Of a stretch of DNA of 64,000 bases, positions 25,216-36,900 are shown piece after piece. Origin of the DNA: Vermamoeba vermiformis (Eukaryota); NCBI GenBank assembly GCA_045837725.1, contig JBEWZL010000076.1:186001-250000 (forward strand), read 5' to 3'. The translations under genes and the position numbers were made by a program. Each line of letters begins with the position of its first letter. Position 1 is the stretch's first letter. Under the pieces are notes generated by a model, which was not told the origin of the DNA, ran no database searches, and saw nothing but the letters and a program-made list of their open reading frames with translations.

Positions 25216-26649
25216 ATGCTCAGATTCGGCAACTTACTTTGCTTGATTGTCATAGGCGTTCTTTTTGTTAGCGGCCAAGCTCAGGTTTGTTTTAACGGAG
25301 TAATAATTCATTTTAACAATTTAAATATACAGACAATTGGCCAGATCAAAAGAAAACTTATTGCCGACGTTTCTTACATTGACGGATTAGCAGCAGCTAA
25401 GGATGTGCTTGTTGTAAATACGCGGGCGGCCATCAACGTTTACAGAATGCTTTCAGGAAAATATCAATTCGTAGCTTTTGATAATAGCACCGATTACCAG
25501 CGCAAAGAGGTTTTCACAAACGGAAAATGGATTGGATTCATTGACTACTCCGAAGTTACTCTAATTCAACTTTTTCCTAATAATACATTATCAGCACCAG
25601 TAATTGTGCAGGCCAAAGCTATTACCTTGCTTTCGGACGACACCTTGATTGCACTCAATTCGTCTCACGTTCTCAGTTACAAATTTTCCAACAATCAATG
25701 GCAACTGATCAGCAGTTTTGCACCTGGTTTTTTGCCTTATTCAGGTACCCCCGCTCAAGACATAGACGCGAAGGAAAATTCTATCGTTTTGAAGCAACAG
25801 TTGGACGGTGTAACGGCGATCTCGATCTACAAGCGCCAACCGGATCTCTCGTATCTCAAGAGCGAGACTTTTAATATTTCTGGAAGTACTAGCAGCAATA
25901 TACTTTATAACGACGTAGACACCATATTTTACAATCTAATCTATGAACAAAATGGTAATGGTTTCGAAGGCACGATCAATATTTTCAGCAAAGTCAATGG
26001 CTCGTGGAGTTTTACCCAGAAAATTAATGGATCGAACGTGAATGGTCTGATTGCCCCTTCTAGTCTTGGCTGGAGACGCGTGCTGGTCAATCCAAACGCC
26101 GTTCTGTTTACTGCTCACAGAGAATTCGAGTCCAAGATTAAAGCCCAAGGACGTCTGTTGTTATTGACTCGCGAAAATGGAGTTTGGCAACCGAAGTTGG
26201 TTTTGTACGCCAACTCGTACAATTCTCAACTAGGTGACGCCCCAGCGGTTGCGGTCAACGATTACGACATGTTTGCGGTCTTGAACACCTTGAATTCAAA
26301 CCAATGGAATGTTTTGGGATTGAACGCATGTGCTCACGTGCCGATCAACGTGACGTGTGATGCGGGAGCCGTCCAAGTCAAAGATTGCAGCTCTGCGGTC
26401 TCTTTGGCCTCATACTATCGAATCAACAATCCTCAATGTGGTGCACTTGACGTCATGCAAAATCTAACCAAGGCAGCTGGCTCTTCCATAACGACTAGCT
26501 TCACTTTTGAACGAGACTTTGTCCCTTCTACTTCATGCTCCATTGAAGTGCAGTGTGCAAACCTTAATAAGGTGGTTAGCGGATCTAGCACTACGGCACT
26601 CTCTACCGCCGCTGCTATTCTTATGGTCGTTCTTTTGTTAGTGTTTTAA
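25216..26649 (+). CDS. Secreted/GPI- or TM-anchored beta-rich surface protein, paralog 2 (in-frame 48-nt intron 25285-25332 likely)
   Basis: Signal peptide, same conserved blocks as paralog 1, C-terminal SGSSTTALSTAAAILMVVLLLVF. Confidence 0.8.
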   Translation: MLRFGNLLCLIVIGVLFVSGQAQVCFNGVIIHFNNLNIQTIGQIKRKLIADVSYIDGLAAAKDVLVVNTRAAINVYRMLSGKYQFVAFDNSTDYQRKEVFTNGKWIGFIDYSEVTLIQLFPNNTLSAPVIVQAKAITLLSDDTLIALNSSHVLSYKFSNNQWQLISSFAPGFLPYSGTPAQDIDAKENSIVLKQQLDGVTAISIYKRQPDLSYLKSETFNISGSTSSNILYNDVDTIFYNLIYEQNGNGFEGTINIFSKVNGSWSFTQKINGSNVNGLIAPSSLGWRRVLVNPNAVLFTAHREFESKIKAQGRLLLLTRENGVWQPKLVLYANSYNSQLGDAPAVAVNDYDMFAVLNTLNSNQWNVLGLNACAHVPINVTCDAGAVQVKDCSSAVSLASYYRINNPQCGALDVMQNLTKAAGSSITTSFTFERDFVPSTSCSIEVQCANLNKVVSGSSTTALSTAAAILMVVLLLVF

Positions 26650-26786
26650 ATGAAATAAACAGAATTAGTTAAATTCAATAATGCATTGATTTTGATAAAA
26701 GATTAGTCGTTTTATTACCTTCGCAGTTCTCGACAATATTACTTGTGAGCGCTACAAAAATACAAGAATCGTTAATATGAGCTCAT

Positions 26787-28301
26787 TTAGATGCGAATTC
26801 GCTTCATAATGTCGCTGCCTCCAGGAGTATTTTGCCATAAAGTGAGCACAAACTTGAGATCTGCCGGTGTAATTTCTTTGCGCGCGTAGAGCTGAGCCAT
26901 TTTCAACGCAGATTCGACGAGTTGCGAAGTGAATTCTTCAGCGGAGGCTTGCATGGCATCAAGGGCACTCTCTTGAATAGCCCATTCATTCTCATCTTCC
27001 TCGTCGTCTTCATCACCGTCTTCTTCGTCATTTGCATCGTCTTCTTCTTCTTCGTCTTCGTCCTCTTGTGGCTCAACAACAGCGTCAGCAATGCGACGGA
27101 AAGCAACAGAATCGATCTTGAATCGCGACTCTTTGACCTCTTCTTCGTTCTCAGCCTCGTCGTTGGTCTTGTTCAGCGCGTCTTCTTCGTCTTCAGACTC
27201 GCTCTCGTCAGCTTCTTCAGCGTCATTTTCCTCATCCACATCCGCAGCGAGGTCTTCACCAAAGTTCTCATCGTCTTCGTCTTCATCTTCTTCAGGCATA
27301 TCAACCTCGCTGGGCCAGTACATGGTCACGCCGAGCAGTTTGAAGGCCTCGAGAATGTTGTGCAGCAAAACGACGCCGCGTTGTCTGTGTTGTGCGTGAA
27401 CGAGAGCAGCATCAGCAATGACTTTGATGTACTTCTCGAAGACATTGCGAAGGTAGTCTATATTAAGCATTGGTATTAGTATATGAAATGAAGGTACGAG
27501 GTGTAACGAGCTTTTCGGATCACATCCAGGACTTACCAACAGAGTCCTTAGTCAACTTGACTTCAGTGCCAGCAGCGTGGTGTTGGAAGATGCTCTCGAT
27601 ACCAGCACGAACCTTATTCTCGGTCTCTTCAATCTCCTTCGTCAACTCATCGTAGACAGATTTGGTTTGTTGATCCTAAATATGACCGTTAGAACCTTGA
27701 TTTAAATACCACCGATGTAATATCGCATCACTCCAGCTTATTATGATATTACTTACTTGGTCGATCAAAGCGCTGTAAGCAGAGATAACACCAAAAGTTT
27801 TCTTTTCGGAGTTGCCCATCTTCGAAAGAGCTTCGTCAGCGCTAGCAAGACCAAGCTCCTTAGCGAGTTGCAAGGCTTCTTGAGGCTCAGCACCATCAGT
27901 GACCTCGAAGTTGGTCTCTTCTGATTGCAAACCAAAGTCGTCAGCTTCCTCATCGACTAAAGGTGCGTTGAGATCGTCTTCGTAGAGACCAACGACCTCG
28001 TCTTCCTCTTCAATGTCATCGACCTGCTCTTGGTTCTCCTTGCCATCAAGGTCCTTCATAGCAATATCTACAGGCTTCTTTTCGAGAATTGAAGGAACAA
28101 CTTGCGCGTTGAGATCGACCGGGGCAAAAGGAATAACAGTCGGTGTAATACGCTGTTTCTTCGTAGCAGCGCCTTCGACGGCATTCTAGGTATTATATTG
28201 TTAATATTAGAAGAAGCCTTAAATGCTGAAGAACGGAAATTTGAATTGTGAATCCGTTCACTTACCTCATCGCGAACTCTCTTGCCTAAAGTAGTGCTCA
28301 T
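26787..28301 (-). CDS. Acidic fused H4-H3 histone-fold doublet protein (~424 aa; exons 28301-28266, 28185-27757, 27675-27537, 27457-26787)
   Basis: H4-like DYLRNVFEKYIKVIADAALVHAQHRQRGVVLLHNILEAFKLLGVTMY; H3-like AFRRIADAVV...AIQESALDAMQASAEEFTSQLVESALKMAQLYARKEITPADLKFVL; splice phases are consistent. Confidence 0.85.
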
Positions 28302-28595
28302 TTTGTATTCAAGGCGAATAAGATGCAGCTTGTTGTGGTACTTCGTCTAAAAATTGATGTTAAAGAAATCAGAATGCAGTTTGTAACGGATAAAATTTTG
28401 TGGCCCTACGAAATTTCAAAAAAAATGGGCGCGAAAAACTAACTTACTCCGGAGTCATTCTTGAACCATACCAACTGTTTCTTGGTATATCGCATTGCTA
28501 CGCGAATACGTAGATCTACTAATGTGACTTTTGAGGCTCATCGAAGGTAGATCGATTGAGTTGCAGTTTGGATGCGGTACACATGATTTGTGCAC

Positions 28596-29649
28596 TTAAT
28601 GTTGATCTTCTAATGGTCCAGGACAGTTATTGATAACGTCCTCTAGCGAATCATACTGCGTGCCACAAAAGTAGCAATAAAGATGCTCAGATCTAAGGTA
28701 GTTGAGCACAGTCGCCAACTTTTCTTCTTTCTAAAACAATCAATATTAGCCAATCAAATTCGGTACCATATATGATTTAAAGTCAATCAATTCTTCACTT
28801 CTATAGTAGCGTAAATAAGCTACCTTTATGAGATCTACTTACATCATCAATCGTGAGCGAACGAACCCATCCGCCAATTTTGATTTCTTCGCCGTCCTCG
28901 TTGATTTTATGAGCTTCATATTCCTTCAATACAGTATTATTCTCCAACGGAATATTCTTAGCTTCGTCTAATTGCTGCGAAATGTTTATGCAGTCGGTGA
29001 GTTGCTTTTGAAGCTTTTTATCATCGAACGCGGATCTTCTACGCTCTTTGAAACTAGTCTCAATTCTTTGGCGCTTGACTTGCGTAAATACCTCCGCTTG
29101 TTCTTGTTCCTCGAGTACTCCTAAGCCAACTCGTCCTACGAAGAAAGTTTCAGATCTACTACAAAGCCACATTAATAATCGTTAATTAATACCTTCTCGA
29201 ACTTTAACGGCTAATGGCTCAACAAGGCCTTTGTCTTTGTTTGTTTTACCAAGCGCAGTTCCTTTCCTGTCACTTCGCTTAGTACCATTTGATTTTTATT
29301 TATTAATATTATTTACTTACTGATAGCCCATACTTGCGAGTAATTTGAATCCTACGTGTCCAAAATAATAAGAAATATTGGAGAAATAAAGTAAAAATTA
29401 GTATCAATTACCAATATTCGATTCTGGGATCGGAGTAGCCAAACCCTTCTCTAATGTTTCTTTTTGTACTACTTTTTGAGGTTTTGGTGGTTCTGGATGC
29501 TTTCTTTTGCGATTGATTTTGGATCGACCTGACGCCTTGTCTTCCTCTGCTTGCCGTCTCTCAAGCTCCTTCAAGAATGACTCGGACATATAATCTTCTT
29601 CCTCGTCATCTTGGTGCTTGGGCTCGCTCGAATTCTTGTTGTGCTCCAT
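28596..29649 (-). CDS. GPATCH11: G-patch domain protein 11 (G-patch + DUF4187)
   Basis: EEEDYMSESFL; SNIGFKLLASMGY...LGK...GLVEP; C-terminal YLRSEHLYCYFCGTQYDSLEDVINNCPG. Confidence 0.88.
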
Positions 29650-29889
29650 TGCAAGATCAAAAAACGAATGACAACCAACCAGATCGAACAACCAAAAAAC
29701 AATCGTCCAATTAATTCGCTAGGGTTCCATAGGTTCGGCTATTGTATGATTTGCACTTATACTGTGTAAATAAGGTTTATTAAACTACATGAAAGATCTA
29801 ATCTGACAAAAACACAAAATTGCTGGAAGAACTGAATGCAGTACCAGGTCTAAGCCTACACTGCACTCATAATACGCCAATGAGCGCGT

Positions 29890-31675
29890 TTATTGAGAGT
29901 TCTTGTTGGTCCACAAGTAGTCACCAGGAGCAGGGCACTCGGTGGCTTCACCAACACGCCAGTAAGTCTTCTTCTCACCAACCTTCTCGACCAAGTTGTT
30001 CCAGAGACCGAGAGCAGAGTTAGCGTGACCCTTTTGAGAGAAGTGGAAGCTATAGAATAAGAAAGGATGAGTCATTTGTTGTTTTGAGAGAACGCGGATG
30101 CGGATTTGTAACGAGGTTGTTATGCGATACATACCAGTCAGGAGCGAAGTAAGAAAGATCAGCACTGCCGTCAGAGGTAGTGGGGACAGTGACGTCGCTG
30201 AAGAAAGGTTGAACGACAATAGTGAAGTCGTCAGCGTTGTTGTACTTGGGTTGATCGCGGATGGTGTAAAGACGAAGACCCATATCTTGAGCAGCAGTTC
30301 GGGTTTGACCGATTTGAGCGTCATTACCGACGGCGCACTCGCACAACCAGGGGTGCAAGAAGTCACACCACAAAGAGTTGACGGCACCCAATTCACTGAA
30401 CGAGCAAAACAGTCAGTCAACATTTCAAAAGAAAAATCTTCGTTGCACATTTTAAAACCGTATTATTTTAAAAATAGAAGCACATACGCAACTCATAGTA
30501 TTAATTATGATATATTAGCTAATATTTTGAAAAGATCTACTTACGTGACATCGACAACAGGGACCAAGTTGACGAAGACACGAGGAACATTAGCCTTGAC
30601 GTAGTCCAAAGCAGCTTCAATGCCAGCTTGAACGGCGTCAGGTCCGTTGTTAGCGGGATCAGTGCAAACGTCGCAGAGGTTGTTGGCACCAATGAACAAG
30701 GTCAACATCTTCCACGAGTTCTTAATGTCGTAGGTAGCGTCAGATTGCAAACGCTTGACGAGCTCCTTAGCTTGAGACAACAAGTCTTGAGCAATGGCAC
30801 CTAGGAGGCATAGTATTAATTGATAATCGAGTGAATTAACCGAAACTAATGTGTCTGTGTCCGCGTGTCACAATAAAAATGACACTCGATTGAGGGGTTT
30901 ACGCGGATGTGAAATGATTTTCGCCGTAATATTGTGCTTACCAGTAACAGCGACATTGAGCTTGGAGTTAGGATTGTTGGTCTTGCCAGTTCCGACAGAA
31001 AAACCTAAGAGATGGCGCCATCAGAAAAAAGTTTTCTTTACCTTGCAAGGATGAGTTTAACTTTAAGACTTACCCTTAACGTTGGGGTTGTAGTTCTTCA
31101 AGATATTGGGCAAGGTAAAAGTCTTAGCAACGGTGTTGTCGCCACCAATCGACCAAGACATGCCGCGGTACTCAGTGAAAACGCTGAAGATGCTTCCAGC
31201 GCCAGCACCGAAGGCAGCAGTCAAGCTGTCGCCCATAGCCATAACAACATCAACATCTATGGAATTTAAAATGTGAATAGATATTATTTGAAGGTTTTCT
31301 AATTTTGATCAAAAAATAATAACGAATAATTTGATTTAATTCTTTAAATTAATATTTACCTCCAGGGAGCAATTGGTGGACGCTAGTAGGCTTAGATGCG
31401 CTAGGTCCGTAAGGAGTGCAAGCAAACGAAGGATCGGCAACAGCCGATTTGAGTTTGCCTGCGGCCATAGATTTGTTAACATGGTTCATTTGGTGGATCA
31501 TAGCGTCAACAACCAAGCGCGCAGACTCGTCTGTCTTAAGTCTGGGATAAACTTCGCGTGCGCGGGTGATTAAAGCGCGTTGGATCTCGCTGGGATAATC
31601 ATCGAGCTTTTGGAAAGCACCGAATGCGGTAGCAACAAGCATACCGAGAACAAATAATGCGGTGATTTGACGCAT
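29890..31675 (-). CDS. PLB1: Secreted phospholipase B1-like GDSL/SGNH lipase
   Basis: Signal peptide; AMGDSLTAAFGA, EYRGMSWSIGGD, NVAVTGA, LTLFIGANNLC, YFAPDCFHFSQKGH. Confidence 0.9.
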
Positions 31676-32261
31676 GTTGATTCTTGTTGTTATGTGGGCA
31701 CCTTTTCAATAAACAACAAAACAGTGGGGTTGAGAAAGTTGCAATTTTTTGTTCCTTTTGAATCACAGAGCTCGAAAAGTGGGTTGAAGTTTCGAAATTT
31801 TGACCAGTACACGGCCCGCACGCGTCATGACAACGTCGAGTCATACAATCTCAAAATTAGTTGAGTTCACGCGTCGGAAATAGCGAGGTCGCATTCTTTA
31901 GGACTTAGAGACTTGATCTGTTTGAGACGCGCGTGTCAATGTGAGATGCGAAGTATTTATTACTTTCAGACAAATATCCGTAGCTATTTCCGTATGTTGG
32001 ATTGCTATTGCTCTCCAAGAGCAAGCTGAGCGGATGCAGCCTTACCTGTTTGATTTTGTAAGCTCATACCTCGGAGTAGTGCCAGTTCTTGTTTGGAGTC
32101 ATTTCATCATCTAGTGGATTTATATTACCATTCGCGCTGCCGGATCATGATTGCCAAATAAAGAAATGCTAGTGCTCTAAAATTTTGTCCGGATGGTTCT
32201 TGTTTGACGAAAAGTCGTTCTTAGGCCAAGAGTAACGCAACAAGGGTCCTTAAATACGACT

Positions 32262-33534
32262 ATGAGTAACAAGAATAATAATACGAATAACAATAGCACC
32301 AGTCAACAGTCAAAAGAAAAGGATGGTGCATCTGCGCAAGCTCCAGAATTAGTTGACCTCGAGAAGATTATATCCGCGTTAACAAGTATGTATATTAGAC
32401 GATATCTACAAACAGGAAGTCTCATTCTCTTCCAATCAGATCTTCAATTTCAAAATCGCAGAGCCGCGAAATACCAATATGCTAGGTAAGAAAGCCATAG
32501 TGAGATAGATTATAATGGTAGGCTAATATATTATATTTTAGTTATCGCGCACAGATTCAAGTAAGCAATACAAACGAGTTTGAATAATAATTTTGACAAG
32601 ATCTAATTTTAATTTTTGTAGCACCACGATAATTTAAAAAAGATCGTTATAGGCTTTAATAAGCTCACCGATGTAGTATTAGAGAGGCTCGGCGCCTCTG
32701 TTCCTAAAATTACATTGAATGAAGATGAAAGCTTGTTGGTCAAAGAGCAGTAAGTGTCGTTACACGAGCTTAGTGCTTATTCTAATTTAATATTAACAGT
32801 AGCTTTGCGGCAAGCGACGATGTGGACCTCGATATAGGCGACTTTGGATCATTTAGCGCGTCTCATAGCATGTTGGCTGGGCATCCGACCTCAAGTACGG
32901 ATTCCGCCTTGCATCGACATTTATGTTCATCTATTAACTATATATCGTAGGCTCGAGCCACGGAAGTACCTTCCATGACGTACTGATGGGATATAAAGAC
33001 GAGCCTCACTCTCCGTTCTTGCGACAAGCGATCCTCAGCATTACCGAAGACAAATTCAGGCAACTAAGAGGTAAACTTTGGCCGATATAGTATATGTTGA
33101 CTTACATTGGTGTATGCACGCAGAGTCTTCATTCGAGATCCTTCTGCCCGTGGCCATTCAGTTGCTCAAAGAGGACGGTATGGATGCGGATCTTCCACTC
33201 GTATTTTTCTTCTAACGCATGTCTAATGTTTCTAAACATAGAGCACCGCAACTTAGCCATGCTATTCATCGCTCAGGGAACAGCGACTGACGCATTGGAA
33301 GCAGTGTTTCGTTATCCAAGAAACCGCCAGCTCGTGATCGGCTGCATCAAAGGTTCGCAATTTAGCCTTATTAGAGTAATATTTAGGCACGCGTTAATTA
33401 TTATAATCATATTAGTGATTGATTCAGTACCTGAGAATGCCTACGAGCCAGAACTACTTGAGGATCTGCGTCGTCTACGACACTATCTCATCTCTGCTCT
33501 CGCTGACCCTATCGCTTCGCCTAAATTATTTTAA
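32262..33534 (+). CDS. Uncharacterised multi-exon protein (includes micro-exons)
   Basis: Continuous spliced frame across many GT-AG introns, ending ...LRHYLISALADPIASPKLF*. Confidence 0.6.
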
Positions 33535-33949
33535 ATATTAATTGTTGTATTAACAGAGGCAATATTGCTCGTGAAGAGATTGCTCTGCGCGAGAAATAAT
33601 TTTTGAATTTTGTATAGGCTTGTTTTATTTCTATAAATATCGTGTAACTATCAAAAGATAATTTGTATCATCTAAATCATATCGCTTAAGCATTCAATTC
33701 TATGGCGCTTTTCCTTGTGATAAAAAAGTGCATCTGTATTTGATTTTACCTGTGCAGGCATCCTTTGCATTGCAGCTCAGGTCTATTACGTGTTATTAGC
33801 TCACGTCACATTAAGAGCGTTAATATTGGCGTTTGTGTTTGTTACACAAGCTCAGTTCAATATTTTTTTACCGCTCGTTTTGTTCGGTGATTTTTTGACC
33901 GTTTTAAAATTTTTATTATTTATCCTTTTATTTTTTATAACGCACCACA

Positions 33950-36900
33950 ATGAGTTCTGCACAAGGGGATTCGCAAGAAGGTGCTAAGCAGCCGTTCCTC
34001 CCGGACTATCCAGAGCTAGATCAGTTTGCAGGACAGATCTTTGAAAAGCTGATAGAATCAACTAAATTAGCTAATGAACTACCGTCCTCGGATGATTTTG
34101 CATATTACAATACATTTAAGCCGTTCAAAGGCCAAGTGCAAGTCATTGGAAAGAAGATTCTCAATCTTGCTAACAAATTCTTGCGCCATCGCAAGCCTAA
34201 GGGAGAAGTTTTAGAAACTCTGGATGATGTTACAGAGTCATATGATTCAGTTGTTGATCTTATGGATGAACTAGTAGAGGATGTGGTAAGTGATCTGTCG
34301 TTTTTTTTTCTACAAAGCCTTCCAAATAATACCAATAATTTTGTTATGTCATTAACTGTACACTGTATAAAAATTTATACTATATCACGATTTTAATGGC
34401 GATTTATAATAATTATTTTCGCAAATCCAGGATTCGTTTATTGATGAGAGCACGGGCGTCAAAGAAAAATCCAAAGTGGTCGTTGCCTCGCCCAAAGTCA
34501 CTAACTTGGCCATGAAGGTACGTTAATAGCACCAGCGAATATTAGCAATAATTGGATCTCGATAAACTGCGAATAGATCCAGATCCACTTCGACCAATTT
34601 TTTTAGAATATTATTATTTAAATATATTATGACGATACGACATAGCATTCATCGTTTGATGTCACTACAACAGTTTAAATAATTCTATTTTAATAGGGCA
34701 AGCCGGATGCATACATTTTCCATGGCAGTAACATTCTACGACCGCAAGAGAACTGGAAAGATGAAATAGATAATTCATATGCCCCTTTTATTCCTAAACT
34801 TCCCGAGAAGCCGAACGCTTTAGTCCCTATGGATGACAGTACGTACCTCAAAAAAATTCAAACCAGCGATCGGATCCCGAACTAAGATTATCGGTTCATT
34901 ATTGATTTATATTAATATTATTTGCGTAGTTTTCATTCGACAAGCTATAATGTCGCCACCAAGAGGAAGCAAAATTGGAGGTGAGAAGCAGAACATGTCT
35001 AAAGAAATGGAAATGCATTTGTCGAGCTTGGGTATCACCAGCACCACTCAAAATCAAGCTTACGGAGCGTATGTATATCTAGAATAATATATATCGTATT
35101 GAAACTGAGCAACAAGCCACAAATAACGACCATTCGAATTTTATCGCCGGATCTGAATTTCATTCTAACGATTTTTAATTTCGTAGATATCCTCATCCTT
35201 ATGAATACGAACTTAACCATTTGGAGTTCCGAGAAGATACTTTGAAGCCAGTTCAACCACAAATGTACAAATCGTTAGAAGAAACTCCGTTCACTTGGGT
35301 CGATGACGCCGATAAATTGCAGGTTCTTTTGGGCAAATTAGAAAAAGCTAAAGAAATAGCTATCGATTTAGAGGTATGTACATAATTAATATCACATTTG
35401 AAACGGATATTAACAAATGTTTATTTCTAGCACCACGCTTTCAGATCGTACCAAGGTTTCACGTGTTTGATGCAAATTTCAACGCGCGAAGAAGATTTTA
35501 TCGTTGATACTTTGACTTTAAGAAAACAATTGTGGATATTGAACAGAGTCTTCACTAACCCTAACATCGTCAAAGTATTGCACGGATCTGATAGCGATTT
35601 GATGTGGCTGCAACGCGATTTTGGATTGTTTATGGTCAATATGTTTGATACCGGACAAGCTGCTAGAGTACTCGGTACGAATACTAAGAGTTACAGCGAA
35701 TATAATAGCCTAATTTATTGTTATTTTTATTAGAGTTCCCAAGCTTCGGTTTGGCATTTATTATGAAGCACTATTGCAATATTAATGCCGACAAAAAATA
35801 TCAACTTGCTGATTGGCGCATTCGTCCGTTACCCACTGAAATGGTCAAGTACGCCCGCGAAGATACGCATTACTTGTTGTATATGTACGATAGAATATGG
35901 AACGATGCGCTCAACAAGGGCAATCAGAGCAAGAACTTGTTGATGGCAATTTTGAATCGAAGCAAAGAACTATGCTACAAAAAGTACGAGAAAGAAATGT
36001 TCCAAGATGACTCGTACAGGAAACTTTACAACAAACACAACGTCGTCTTTTCGCCCGCACAGCTGCGAGTATTTGCAGGCTTATTTGGTTGGCGAGACAA
36101 AGTTGCTCGTATTGAAGACGAGAGTACTCGGTAAGTGTCGCTAATATTTCATTTTAAATCTCGGTTACATCTCAACAAAATGATGCCAAAAATATTCAAG
36201 CTCAACAGACTGAACAAAGTCATGCGGATCTATCTTCACCCTGATTTAAAATCAAAATTTCTTGTTAACAAAATACTCGTTCGAACCAATAATAACGTTA
36301 TTTTGTAGATACGTGCTGCCCAATCACATGATGTTCCGTATTGCCGAGCTCATGCCTTTGACAATGGATAACTTACTAGCGTGCTGCAATCCAGTACCGC
36401 CATTAGTTCGTGTCCACATTCAAGATATTCTGCAAGTCATTAAGGTAAGTCGTCGCAGCTATGGATATTCGCGGTTAGACTCACGTGTTGTTTAGAGTGA
36501 AAAAGACAGGACAGACTACATTCCTGACACGTACCACGATATTGATATGCCTCAAGCCAATGGTGGTAAGTTAAATTGAGCGTTGAGGTGGATTAGTCTA
36601 ACGTTACTTCGCAGCAAAACCGAGCTACTTTGTCGACACAACAGCCCCAGCTCAAACAGCTCTGACATCGAACAATAACACTCGAACAACCTCTTTGGTC
36701 AGCGAGTTAATGCTTGATGCTAGTGACCCGAACTACAAGAACCGGCTAATGGATGCAGCGGGTAAGTAAACCAGGAAAAGCTTTTATACCCGCGGAAGTG
36801 GTAGCACGTCGAAAAATCGAGGGCGCCCCTCAACGAGGGCTGCATAGTATAATGGCTATTATATCGGATTTTGATTCCGAGGATCCCGGTTCAATTCCGG

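Noticed and set aside
26922-27479. Hydrophobic plus-strand ORFs (185 aa, 102 aa); similar cases at 9205-9552, 15451-15741 and 19180-19599
   Set aside because: Antisense shadows of D/E- or S-rich coding sequence on the opposite strand.
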